NCBI GenBank assembly: GCA_003990765.1
Contig: RBNJ01000286.1
Location: 1-34,067 of the forward strand
Direction of reading: 5' to 3'
Length of the DNA: 34,067 nt
Source of the DNA: Jimgerdemannia flammicorona
Lineage: Eukaryota
This document shows, piece by piece, positions 20,301 to 31,900 of the stretch; position 1 is the stretch's first letter, and each line of letters starts with the position of its first letter. The notes beneath the pieces are model-generated. The model was given only the letters and a program-made list of their open reading frames with translations, searched no databases and was not told the DNA's origin. A program made the translations under genes and the position numbers.

Positions 20301-22090
20301 TCTTGATCATAATGTTAACTCTATCTTGAAGTAGGGTGACTTCATTCTTACATCAATCAATATCTGAGTTGTGCTTCATAAGTCAGAGCTTTCCTAAGAT
20401 CAGGTCATAATCTCTTAGTGGTGCAATCTTAAAGTCTACTCATTCCCAATATTTCTGGATCTTAATGGACAGTTTGGTGGCAATTGACTTGATGGGGTGC
20501 AGAGTACCATCTGCAGTAACTATACTATTGTTCTTGGGTGCAGGCTAGGTGAGGATCTTGAGGCTTTCAATGAGATTCTGATTGATGAAGTTTTCTGTAG
20601 CTCTGCTGTCTATAAGTACTTGAACTTCTTTTCCTTTGACTAGGCCTTTGAAAATGAGCATAGCTTGAGCTCAATTTTTACTAAGACTTGCTGCTTAATC
20701 AGTACTACTAAAACCCTTTTGATCTTATTTAGTTTCAGAGTTCTTGGACTTCTATAATCTTAAGTTGACTGGCTTTTTCCAGGATCATTTGCACAACTCA
20801 GTCTCCTTCTTTAACTGTGTAGTCTTGATCCTTCTGGTTGACAAGCAAGACTTAAACTTGTCCTCAAAAGTCTGGGTCAATAACATCAGTACCTACATCC
20901 AAATGATATTTGATACTGAGTCCTGATCATGGTGCAATTCTAGCATAATACATATCCTTCAGGGCATTGAACTGCAATTCCAGTAGGTACCAGAGTACAG
21001 TACTTGGCTGAAATAGTGACTTGTTTGACTGAGTGTAGGTCAAGATCAATGGCTCCTTCTGTTTGATATTGAGAGAACTGGGCCTTCAGATGAAGCTTCT
21101 TGACCTTGAGCTCAAGTTGACTGGTAGTGAGATTGATAGATGTATCCTTAGATAACATGGTGACTGGTCTTGAGAGTTCACTAGTCTTTTTAGGGTATTT
21201 GGTTGCAATGTGTCCTGTTTGGTGACAGAACAAATAGGCTCTAGATTTCTTCAAGTGGTCCTTTTCTTCAGGAGTGAGCTTGGTGTTCTTTTTATTCATA
21301 GTATCTAAGTCCATTGATGCCAGGCCAACTGTCCTTGGTTGGTTTCTGTGGTAGTTCTCAAAATGGTTCTTCTTGTGGTGTTCTGGTTCAAAGCAGTTGC
21401 CAAAGATGATAACATCAAATCTATTAGTGATTATCATAGCTTCATTAAGAGATTTGGACTCTTCTAGCTCAATCTTGACTTGTGTATTTTCCTTCAGATC
21501 TCAGATATAGTGATCTATCTTTTCATCCTCAGATACTGCTGGTAGCTCAAGTAGGATTGATAAGAATTGTACATTATAGCTTTATATAGACTTGAGTTGT
21601 TTGATGTTCACTAGTTTGTCCCTGGCTAGCTTGGTGGCATTAACAGGCTTAAACTGCTTGTGAAGGGCTCTCTTAAAAGCTTCCCAATATAAGTATATAG
21701 ATGTAACCATAATATGATTGCATCACCAGATGGCTGTATTTCCTTGGAGAAGTGTGGTGGCAAATTGGACTTACATATCATCTTCTATTCTTGTGAGTTC
21801 GAAGTATTGGTCCAATTGGAAGGTCTATATATCTGTAGATAGTCCTCCTCAATGGTCATCAAAGATGTCTAGCTTGAGTGGCTTGAAACTGACTGGTGCT
21901 ACAGCAGGATGTAATATTCCTGTAGTTTGTGTTTTCTAGTATTCTAGTTGTTCTTGAAGTTCTTGAATTTGATGGGCTATGGCATTGATCATATCTTCTA
22001 TATTGAGCTGTGATTCTCCTGCTTCTTCTATAACAGAGGGGTCTGACTAGTAGACTGACTCTTTGTGGCTTATTTCAGATTCATTTGACT
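17330..22090 (-). pseudogene. Family C gag-pol (boundaries approximate)
   Basis: MDLD; (C)LFCHQTGHIATK(C) ~21194-21236; LIDS(G)ATENFI (D at 20608-20610); KLDLMSGYHQI; YLDD 19599-19610; FHPQTDGQTE; KYIGPF; chromodomain EYKAEKI...EYLVKWMGY...NLKNS ~17375-17515. Confidence 0.9.
20700..21112 (-). pseudogene. dUTPase domain between Gag zinc knuckle and protease
   Basis: LKVKKLH...TEGAIDLDL...LVPTGIAV..PEGY, then frameshifted remnants of DPDF, DRVVQMI and GFSST. Confidence 0.85.
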
Positions 22091-22147
22091 AGTTGTAACT
22101 GGTTTCTGAATTTGTGTGAGGTTTCTTAATAAGGCAAGGTATAATAA

Positions 22148-22161
22148 CACTGTTGCTACCA
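22148..22161 (-). promoter_or_regulatory. PBS of family C, likely initiator tRNA-Met
   Basis: TGGTAGCAACAGTG 2 nt after the 5' LTR; TGGTAGC matches fungal/animal tRNAiMet 3' ends. Confidence 0.75.
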
Positions 22162-22163
22162 AG

Positions 22164-22617
22164 TGTAACAGTTCTAGTTTCTTTAAGAGGAAGCAGCTAA
22201 ATCTGGAAGTTCTGGTTGGTCTAAAGTAACTTAAAGAGATACTTAAAGGTTCAAGTATTCTTGAAGAATTTCTGGGAGAAAATATTCTGAGCTTTATTCA
22301 GGCAGAGAACAAGAATATTTATACAGGACCTAAAAGAAAGATCCAGAAGGATCTTGAAAAGAAAGAGAAATGCCAAGAAATAGATTCTCAGCAAAGCTGA
22401 CTAATACTATTTTACAATGTTCCATAATTAGCTAAGACAAGATACTTGGTGCCAAGGAAAGACAAGAATGTTCTGGTGATATCTGGGTGCTGAGAGAAGG
22501 TTTCTAATCAAGTAGAAGGTGACAGAACATAGTAGAATATTCAAGAAATGACAAGAAAAGACTAACTAAAAGATGCAAAAATATACTAAGACTAAATATA
22601 ACTGTGAAATTATTACA
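22164..22617 (-). repeat. 5' LTR of family C
   Basis: TGTAAC...TTACA termini; direct repeat of 16566-17029. Confidence 0.92.
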
Positions 22618-23585
22618 CTCTCTCTCTAGATCTTCATTCTTCTATCATCCACTCCTCTCCCAGTTCCAGTCAGTCCTTATCCTCTCCCTCAAGAAGGCTT
22701 GTCTCTGCTGAGACATCAATGCTATCACACTGCCTGCTGTTCATTTCTCTGTTCTCCCCAAGGCCTACTGCCAAGTTCTCTCTGAGGAAATCTGTACTAC
22801 CTCTGTTGCCACTAAGGTTGCTGCTGCTGATGCTGCCACTATAGCTACTATCACTGCCTCCACCTCCTTTCAATATACTTATGCCTCTTTTATAGCCCTT
22901 GCCTCCTCTTGTCTTCTGGATGCTACCTCTTTCTGTGGCTTTGACATCTATAACATTCTCTCTGCCACTACTGATATTGATGCTGTCCATTATTTCCTCC
23001 TCACTGATATCTCATTTGTTGCTCATCTTTATAAGTAAGAAATATCACATACTGTTACTGCTACTTGTGCTGCCACTACTGCTTCTGCCCCTATCTCCTC
23101 TGAGGTTTTAGTCTCTAAGGTTATTTACACTGAGGCTTACACTACCACCTATACTAAAGTCTGTTCCTTCACCACTACTACTACCACCACCAAGGCCCCT
23201 GCCAAGACCCCCACTAAGCCAAATAAGGCTTCATTGGCCTCTTTCTGGTTGCTCTTCCCTGCTAAGAACTCTATCTTAGTCCCCTCTACCCCTAAGTGCA
23301 ACTGCACTCTGGGCACTTACTCTGCTGGAGCTTGGCCTTGCACTGTCTGCTCTGGTCACCTCCACTATACCTACTGGTATCTGGTTAAGTTGGTTTGCCC
23401 TCATGGTGGTGTCTCTCATCCTGCAGCTCCTTCTGCTGCTTGCTCTCTCTCTGTCTCCTCTGCTGGGTCCTTCTTCTCCTCCTCCACTCATGCCCCCAAA
23501 TGCAAGAGTTATACAAAAGCCTGTGGCTGCAAGGTCTGATACTCTGATGGGGTATACTTTCATTTATCAGACTCACCACCTTTAA
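22618..23585 (+). pseudogene. Penelope-like element ORF1 remnant (continues from ~16356-16565)
   Basis: Long, nearly open Ala/Thr/Ser-rich frame with a Cys/His cluster (CNC...CTVCSGHLH...CPH), upstream of the RT. Confidence 0.5.
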
Positions 23586-23639
23586 AAAAAGTCAGAGGGA
23601 AGGAGAAGACCTCCTGCTCTTAAACTTCTCTCTGACATA

Positions 23640-25625
23640 GTTCTCCTCTGATATATATTCCTATCTCATCTCAGATTCCATCATCACTTCTGATATACTT
23701 TGAGTGGTTCTTTATACTATCCCCCCTTTGTCTTTCCCAGTTGCTCATCTCAAACTTTTGAGTTTATTCTTCTTCTAGAGTACTTTTGTCTTCTTCTTTT
23801 TCTTTGGCTGACTATCTTCTTTCTTTTCTTTAAGTCTTTGCCTTATTCTTGGGTTCTCACTTTGTTTTTCCTATGACTTTCTCCCAATTCTCCTTCACTG
23901 ATCTGACTCATTTTATATGTTTTCATCATACTCTTAACCTTATTATCTTTTTTAAAGATTATAGTAAGATGCCCTCTTACTATTATGTCTCTAGTAATTG
24001 AGTCCTCCTCTTATTATCTCTTCATACTGTATATTCTTTAACATAGCTTGCTCACTGTCCATTCCTAAATAGGCTCACTCTTGATTAGTTTCAGACTATA
24101 CTATGTATACTATACTTTAAATTGGTCAAGCAATTGACTTTATACTTACTTACAGTCACTGATAAGAATCAGAGTTTTGTACTTATTCTTAAGTTACTCT
24201 ACCTTGATAGCCTTTCTGCCCTCTTTTGTGCTGTAGCTTATAAGCCTAGTGCCCTTGGATTGAATGAGATTCTCACTCTTCTTTAGGTTTCTCTGGCTTA
24301 TACCAGATGGCTTTTAGACTCTCCATTCATAAACTCCATTTTTAACTTCTTCTAGGACTCTTTGTCCTCTCTAGATATATATTCATCTTCCAGTTTTCTA
24401 TACTCTTCCTAAAGTCCACAAGCCTACCTTGGCTTGGTATCTCATTATGGCTGCTTTTAGTTTATCTACTACTAAGATCTCAAAGTAGTTATCCTGCTTT
24501 TTCCTCTCCTGGATAGCACTTCTTCAACACCATTTTGGGTCTGAGTATACTATTCTTTGTGATACTCAAGAGCTCACTCTCCTTTGTTCTACCATTGTAC
24601 CTATTCACTGTTTTTTCTATTTGGCCTCTGGTGACTTCTTCTCATTCTATACTGCTATTTATTTTGATGAGATTGATGATTGTCTTTATTTCTTAGATTT
24701 TCCAGTTTTATTGGCTTCTATCATTGAGCTTATACTTCTCATCTATAGCTCCAATTATTTTGAGTTGACCCTTAGCTCCTTTCACCAGACTTCTGATATT
24801 ACTATAGAAATAAATTATACTCCCACTCTTGCTAACTTCATTGGTCTGACCTATGAACTTCATATAATATATAATCCTTCTTCACTTCTTTTTATCATAT
24901 TCTGGGCTGGAGATATCTTCTTCTACTAATATATTGATGACTTTATTATCCTTACTATTACTAGTATTGATATTTCTAGTATATTTTATAGTGTCTACCC
25001 TTCCTATTATTCTATTATATAAGTGTATAGTATGTCCAGTATTCTCTTTTTAGACCTTTCTATTTCTCTTTCTCCCTTCTGAACTGTTGTTTGTTCTCAT
25101 TTCCCCTATTCTTAACAGTTTTCTGACTTTTGTTCTGATTATCCTCATCATACTCTTCTTGAATATACTTATGGTGAGGTTTGTCATCTTGCACTCTACT
25201 GCTCTTATCATTCTGACTAAGTGTCTGCTGTTTGGGTTCTTGGCAATTTTTTGGTCTATCACTATACTTACTCTATTTCTATCATTTGCAATCTGCTTGC
25301 TTCTGTTAAATGGTCTGTTGTTTACTCTTTTCTTCTCTCTTCCCTTTACTCTCTCTTTCTTCTCTCTCTCTCCTCTTATCTACTCTATACCTTCTCTTCC
25401 TTCCCACTCTTAATTCTTGTTATAGTATTCAATTGTGCTCACTGGGTTACACAATGCCCTAACACTGTCCTGCATTCTTCTCTTTCATATCATAGACTTT
25501 TATCTCTTTCTCAATGCCCTCTAATTATCAGATCATATATTTCTTCTGTTTTTTCTATAATCCATCACTCTCATTTTGTATTTTTGTCACCTTCTGGTAC
25601 CTTCAGTATTTCTGAAGAGGATTAA
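23640..25625 (+). pseudogene. Penelope-type reverse transcriptase (start approximate)
   Basis: TDKNQ (24161); PVFYTLPKVHKP (PKVHKP 24408-24425); SGDFFSFYTAI; SNYFE..FHQTSDITIEINYTPTLANF (mutated Q..GIAMG...AP.LAN); FY*YIDD (24930-24941); FLDLSI; thumb SDYPHHTLLEYTYGEV...CS. Confidence 0.88.
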
Positions 25626-25708
25626 AAAACATTCTTACCCTCTCTGGGGTCTCACACTTACTCCAGGGTCTTGACCTTCACTCTACTCCTCTTTGCTACC
25701 TTTGGCCC

Positions 25709-26129
25709 CTCACTTTGCTCAGGCTTACTGTGACTTACTCTATTTCAGTCTCACCTCACTCATACTCACCCCTCTAGAGTCTGCAGATGTTTTTTAATCT
25801 TAATTTGGATTTGTTTTATTTGTATTTATTTGTGATTTTTATTCTATAACTAGGATTAGCTCTCTCTTTATCTCTACTTATCTCTAGCAATCATATAGTT
25901 CCTAATTTAATTACTCTTATATTATGACATGTCTTCTCTTTTGAGATATCATATTTTATATATAAGGATCATGCTTTTGCATAGCAATAAATAGCTGATG
26001 TATTTTTAGTTATATTCTTTATTTATCCTCCTTATATATATATACTTTTCCACATATCTTCTATCTGCTTTGATCATGGCTTTAGGTTCATTCTCCTGAT
26101 TCCTACTGGGCCTTCTTTCTCCACTTCTA
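25709..26129 (+). repeat. 3' pseudo-LTR / partial tandem copy of the PLE 5' end
   Basis: Direct repeat of 16005-16430 that includes the ORF1 start region. Confidence 0.88.
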
Positions 26130-27332
26130 GTTTAATTAATAATATATCTAAGATAGAAGATTTTGACTTTTGTACATTTGTATTTCTTAATATAATAGTT
26201 CTAGTTTCTTTAAGATAAAGTGACTAAATCTGAAAATATTTAGGTAGGCCTAAAGTAACTTAAAGAGATACTTATAGATTCAAGAGGTCTTGAAGAATTT
26301 TTAGAGAAAATAAGCTATCTTTTATTTAAGCAAAAGATAGAGTATTTATATAGATCTGAAAGAAGAATCTGGAAAAATCTTAAAAATAAAGAGAAATTCT
26401 AAGAAATAGGTTTTTAGTAAAGGTGGCTAATAAATTCTACAATATTCTAAAAGGTTCTATAACTAGCTAAGATAAGGTACTTAGTACTAAAAGAAGATAA
26501 GAATATTTTAGTAAAGTTTTGATACTAAGAGAGGATTTCTAAGTATTTGGAAGATACTAGAATATTGTAGAATATTTAAGAAAAGACAAAAAAAGTATAG
26601 AGAAAAAGATACAAAAATAGACTATAACTAAGAAATACTAAAAAATTATTATACTTAAACTTAATAAATAGATTATATTCTTACAATTTTTTCAGAATTT
26701 GCAAAATATAATATCGATATTTCTTGACTATTTTACTAAAGATAATAATATCATCTATATATACTATTATTTACTCTTTTATCATTTACTAGAAACTTAC
26801 TAAAATATTATATATTCTGAATAGTATTTATAGATAGATATAGATTTTATCTAGAGTGATAAAGATTGATCTGATAGAATCCTGAGTAGAGTTTCAGAAT
26901 AATATAGTATCTTCTTATATGACTAGAATGTTACTGATGAGAGGCAGAGACTGGTAGTTCTTCTTAATTACTTCATTGAGCTTTCTGTAGTCTGTATAGA
27001 GTCTTGATGTAAATTTTCCTAGCTTGTTTCCTTTCTTTAAGACTAGTATAATTAATAATAACTATGAGTAATAGTTTTCTTAATAATACTAGCTTCCTCT
27101 ATCTGCTTAATCTTCTCTTTGAGTTATATATATATATAATATACTAGTGATATTGATTTTATCTTCTGATAAATTAACTTAGTATTTTCTATATTAATAT
27201 TATACTAGTAATATAGTATCTTTCTCTTAATATTCTTAAAATCTGTAATAAGGATATCTTTAAATTTATAAAGTAGCTTCTTGAGTTTCTCCTTGAGTAG
27301 AAATTTATTTCTAATAGTATAACTATACTTGT
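26130..27332 (-). pseudogene. Very degraded family A/B-type Gypsy RT fragment, interrupted by a solo LTR and by family A copy 2
   Basis: Minus-strand VYIDDIIIFS (~26735-26764), RLYTDYRKLNEVIKK, KKYK..KIFYLRYII; colinear with 2850-3635. Confidence 0.8.
26191..26653 (-). mobile_element. Solo LTR related to family C
   Basis: Similar to family C LTRs and 7433-8244; perfect 5-bp TSD CTTAA (26186-26190, 26654-26658). Confidence 0.9.
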
Positions 27333-28932
27333 TATCACATAGTGAGCACTAAGTTCTCCAAGTATATCAGATTCTCTTCAAGGTATATCTCTTAGACCAA
27401 CTACAAGTTTCTTATAAGCAAGTTCTATTGGAGTGCCTTTCCAAGATCTTATAGTCCTCAAACTTCTTATCTTTAAACTATTCTGTTGTCTCTTGGATTT
27501 GCTTACTTGAAATTGAGAAGAGGACTGGAACTTCTATACTTCTGAGTAGTTGGGTGCTTGAATGCTTAAGTGTTTGAATACTGACTTTATTTCAAAAAAA
27601 AAAATGAGAGGAGTATTTATACAAAATATAATTCAATAGTTGCTAACTTATAAAACTAAATATAGATCCTAATAATTAAATAAAATATTTAAATACAGAA
27701 AACTTCAGGTTGTAAGTATAAATTCAAATATCTATATAATTAGTTATATAAGATCAGAATGCTAGAATAATTTCTAATAATTATATAAGATCAGAATGCT
27801 AGAATAATTTTAATAGTTATACAAATAACTTAGAGCAAAATATTCAGAACTCTGGAGACTTTGTCTTTATCACTATTATTAAGACCAAAGGTCAGAATAT
27901 CTTCAAAAGAGATGAGGTTAGCAAATATTTCTATAAGCATCTTGTCCATTTCACATATTTTGCATATTTTGTATATATTGATTAGTGGAATAATATCATT
28001 GCCAATGACATTATTATATTTGGTAATGATAGAAGAAGTAAAGAGATCAAAGGCTCTCTAATCTATGATATTTTTCTCTACAAAGTAGAGAATAAAGATG
28101 GGATCTTAAGGGAATTAAATCTGAATACTAGGGTCTTGAAATATTAAGATTAATCCTTATAGAAATTGATCTGGACTATTCTTGAGGATGAGATTCCAGA
28201 ACTCTTCTACCTTATCACTTTTGAGAGTGATGGTGGATTGGACTTCTGTAGCCACCATAGTCTCTAGTATATCTATATGGTAGGCTGATAATTTCTTAAA
28301 GTCTGAGACTCTGGTATACTCTAAGTTGGATATATCTGAAGATCTGATAGATCTTTTTGACTACTCTCAATTCATGTACATCTATAGAGGTAGCATCTTG
28401 TATTTCTTGGAGACTGGTCTGAGGGAATTTCTGATAAAGGAGATTTCTTATTTTATATTCCTACCACATCCAGAGATATTCAGTAGCAGTAGTGATCCTT
28501 GTCTCCATTTTACAGCAGTAGAGAATAAAGTGATAAGGGTCATTAATACTCAGGTTAAGGTTAGAAATCCTTTTGGTGTAGGTCCTCATAGCTCTCCTGA
28601 TATCTTGGAATATTCTCTCTTAGACTGAGAATCCTTGGTAACTCCTGGACCTTGAGATTTGGTAAGTGGCAGATATTTGTTTATAGTGAGTCTTTTGAAC
28701 TATTTTAGGATTTTGTAAGTCTTGTTTAAGTTGCTATTGCTGTGGTTTCTTGGTCCTTCTTATATTCCTTAAGATGTCTATCTTGTGGTCATTATGACTT
28801 ATAGTTGTCATCATTGCTCATCTTGTAGCCTGGGTGAGTTATACTATATAATCTTCTCATACTCGAATCTGATAGCTTATAAGGAAAGACTGTCTCTTGT
28901 AATGATGTCACTATTCTAAGATCTCCATTACA
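27333..28932 (-). repeat. 3' LTR of family A copy 2 (~1600 bp)
   Basis: Same PPT-TGTAAT junction and U5 end as copy 1; different 37-bp tandem repeat at ~27744-27820. Confidence 0.78.
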
Positions 28933-31900
28933 TCTTCCTTCTGAATAAAGATCTTCTCTTAAATGTCCTTATTTATTGGTCTAGTTTGAAAATTTTTCTG
29001 ATCCTATAACCTCTAGCAGGGGGTTGAAAAGTAGTATTTATAGGCTAGTATCTTTCTTATATATTTTGACATGATGGTGAAGGGTCACTCCCTTTATATA
29101 GAGCAAGGATCTGATTCTGATCTTGACTAATCAGTTAATAGTTTGAACTTCTCTAGCTATGAAAGTCTTATAGATGAGTAGTTACTAGTACCATATCTCT
29201 TAGAGAATGGTTCAGACAGATTACCTGCTAGTTACAGGATATACTATTATGATTCATGAACTAGAATCTCATAGGCAGTCATTATATTTTGCTTCTTTTA
29301 TATAGGTTCATAATACTTCTTGAGTCTGTTCCTGTATACTATAGTAGGCAATATAGTCCCTGAGAGTTTTCTAAGCCAGAAGATAGTTCTCTTGATATCT
29401 TATACATAAAAGAGTTCTTCTCATTTGGGCTCCAGTTTTTGTAATCATAAGGCTTCTACCATATTTCAATATAGTAGAACTTTTTCTTTAATTTAAATGA
29501 GTTTTAGGGTCTTATAATTCTTTTCTGTATTCTTCCTTATTAGTACTTATGACTTGATGATGTAATCTTCTACCTTCTTCCTGATTTGATATAGTCTCCA
29601 GATTTCTGAGTCAATCCATCACCAAGTTAAGTCTAGATTTGTGACTAAGATTTCATCAGAATCTTCTTCTTCAAAGAGCAGTTCTTTTGAGATAAAGTAT
29701 GTACTCTGTGAATATATATCTCATAGGACAGAGAGGGCAGTTAGAAGGTAGTTATCCCAATTCTCATATATATCTGAGATCTTGGTCAGGATATTCTTGA
29801 GGGTCTTATTAGTTCTTTCTATTTATCTATTTTCTTAAGAGTAATATGCAGTAGTCTTGATATGCTAAATCTTATATTTCTGATATATTATCTCATAGAA
29901 TCTATTGACAAATTCTATGCTGTAGTCTATGGTGATTTGTCTTGGTATCTTATAGTAGTAGATGATTTCTTAGTACAGAAAGTCAGTAATAGAGAGAGTA
30001 TTGACTTCTTATAATACTCTTGCTTCTATCTATTTGATAAAGAGATCTATAATAACTATAATGTAGCAGTTTTTTGATAGAGTTAATGATAGTGGTCCAA
30101 TGATATCTATTGTAATATAGTAGAAGAGGATAGGTTTTATTCTTGATGATCTGAGAATCTGGTCCTGTTGATCTTATTTCTATTTTTAGCACTTATTATA
30201 CTCTTTGACAAATTGGCATAGGTCTTCTTCTATCTTAGACCACTATATAGTTCTTCTTACCTTATTGTATATATTGATTCCTCTTAAGTATTCTTATTTA
30301 TATACTTCCTTCATTACTTGATACTTCTTATATTTAGATATAATGAGCTTTTCTCCTTTTCTGAATATATAGTATTATCTAGTTTGAATTGTTTCTAAGT
30401 CCAGCTAATGATAGTAATAGTCTAGGGTTTGAGATAGTTGGATATCTTCTACTGTCTAAGATAGCTGATTAATCCATAGTATAGCTTCTTATTTATGTTG
30501 AATAGTCTTAATGGGGGTATTTCAGAGTATTTTTGAAAGTACATCAGTATTGACATTGGTTTTTTCTGAGTAATGTTTGATAGTATAGTTATAATCTTAT
30601 AGTCTATAGATCCATCTGACATATATTTCTTTGGAGTTCAGAGTGTGGAATAGCCAGGCAAGAGCAGAATGGTCTGTTTGAATAGTGAAGTATTTCTCAG
30701 CTAGGTAATAATGAAACTTGTCTACTGCTTAGACTACTGCTAAGTATTTAAGCTTATATAACTTGTAGTTCTGTTCTACTCTATATATACCTTGGCTTGC
30801 ATAGGAGATAATATATTCATGTCCATCTTTCTTCTGAGCTAGTACTGCTCTAAGTCCTATAGTACTTACATCTATCTATAGGATGAACTCTAGATTCTGA
30901 TCTGATCTTCTGAGAATAGGTGCTTGGATCAATCTGGTCTTAAGTTCATTGAAGATTTCTTGATATTTCTTAGTCTATTCAAATTTTATCTCCTTCTTCA
31001 GTAGCTTATAGATAGATACTGCAATATTGAAGTATCCTTTGATGAATATTCTATAGTAGGAGACCAGTCAGGAGAAGACATAGACTTCTGTAGTTATTTG
31101 GGATCTTAGGTAGACTGCAATAGTCTCAATCTTTATAGAGTTCATATGAATTCCAGTCTCGTTGATGATACATATGTCCTAGATAGGTGATTTTCTGAAC
31201 TACAAACTTATACTTCTTGAGCTTAATGTAGAGGCCATACTTCTTGAACTTCTTGAGAGCTAGCTGTATATATTTGATATATTTCTGTATAGTATTACTG
31301 AAGATAATTACATTATCAATATAGATAAAGAGCTAATTTTCAATTTCATTATAGAAGACTCTATTAAAAACTTACTAGAGTATTATACATTCCAAATAAT
31401 ATTTGCAGATAGATATAGATAGTGTCAGATATGATGAAGGCTGATTTCTTACTAGTGTCTTAAGTGAGACCAATCTGATAGAAGTCTGAGAATAGATCTA
31501 AGGTGGTATAGTATTTGGCTTTACTTCTAAGAATGATAAGAATTTCTTGAATATTTGATAAGAGCTGTCTATCTTTCTTGGTAATTATATTGAGCTTTCT
31601 ATAATCAATACAGAGTCTTGGGGCAAACTCTCTAGGCTTGCTTCCTTTCTTTGGGATAAGAACAATAGGTGAAGCCCAGGAGCTGATAGCTTACTTAATA
31701 ATACTAGCTTCTTTTATTTCCTTGAGTTCTGCTTGCAGCTATTCTCTGTAGACAGGTGATATAGGTCTGGCTTTCTGATAGATGGGCTTAATATCAATAG
31801 TGTCAACTTTATAATAGTATTTGAGTTCTTGGTTGTAGATGTCTCTGAAGTCTGTAGCAAGTATTCCTTTATTCTAGTATAGGATCTTGAAAAGTTATTC

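Larger units (their letters stand above)
16566..22617 (-). mobile_element. Full-length decayed chromovirus-type Ty3/Gypsy element (family C) with dUTPase
   Basis: LTRs at 16566-17029 and 22164-22617; PBS TGGTAGC; PPT GGAGAGAGAGA (17030-17040); gag-knuckle-dUTPase-PR-RT-RH-IN-chromodomain remnants; TSD imperfect (ATCTT/CTCTC). Confidence 0.94.
16005..26129 (+). mobile_element. Penelope-like element (apparently endonuclease-deficient, Coprina-like) with direct pseudo-LTR repeats; interrupted by family C at 16566-22617
   Basis: 16005-16430 repeats directly at 25709-26129 without TG..CA ends; PLE-type RT motifs at 23840-25220; upstream Ala/Thr-rich ORF1 remnant. Confidence 0.82.

Noticed and set aside
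25050..25413. Membrane-protein-like ORFs
   Set aside because: Off-frame products of T-rich, hypermutated PLE RT sequence.
16005..26129. LTR or DIRS/Ngaro element explaining the direct repeats
   Set aside because: No TG..CA ends, PBS, RNase H, integrase or tyrosine recombinase; the RT motifs are Penelope-type.
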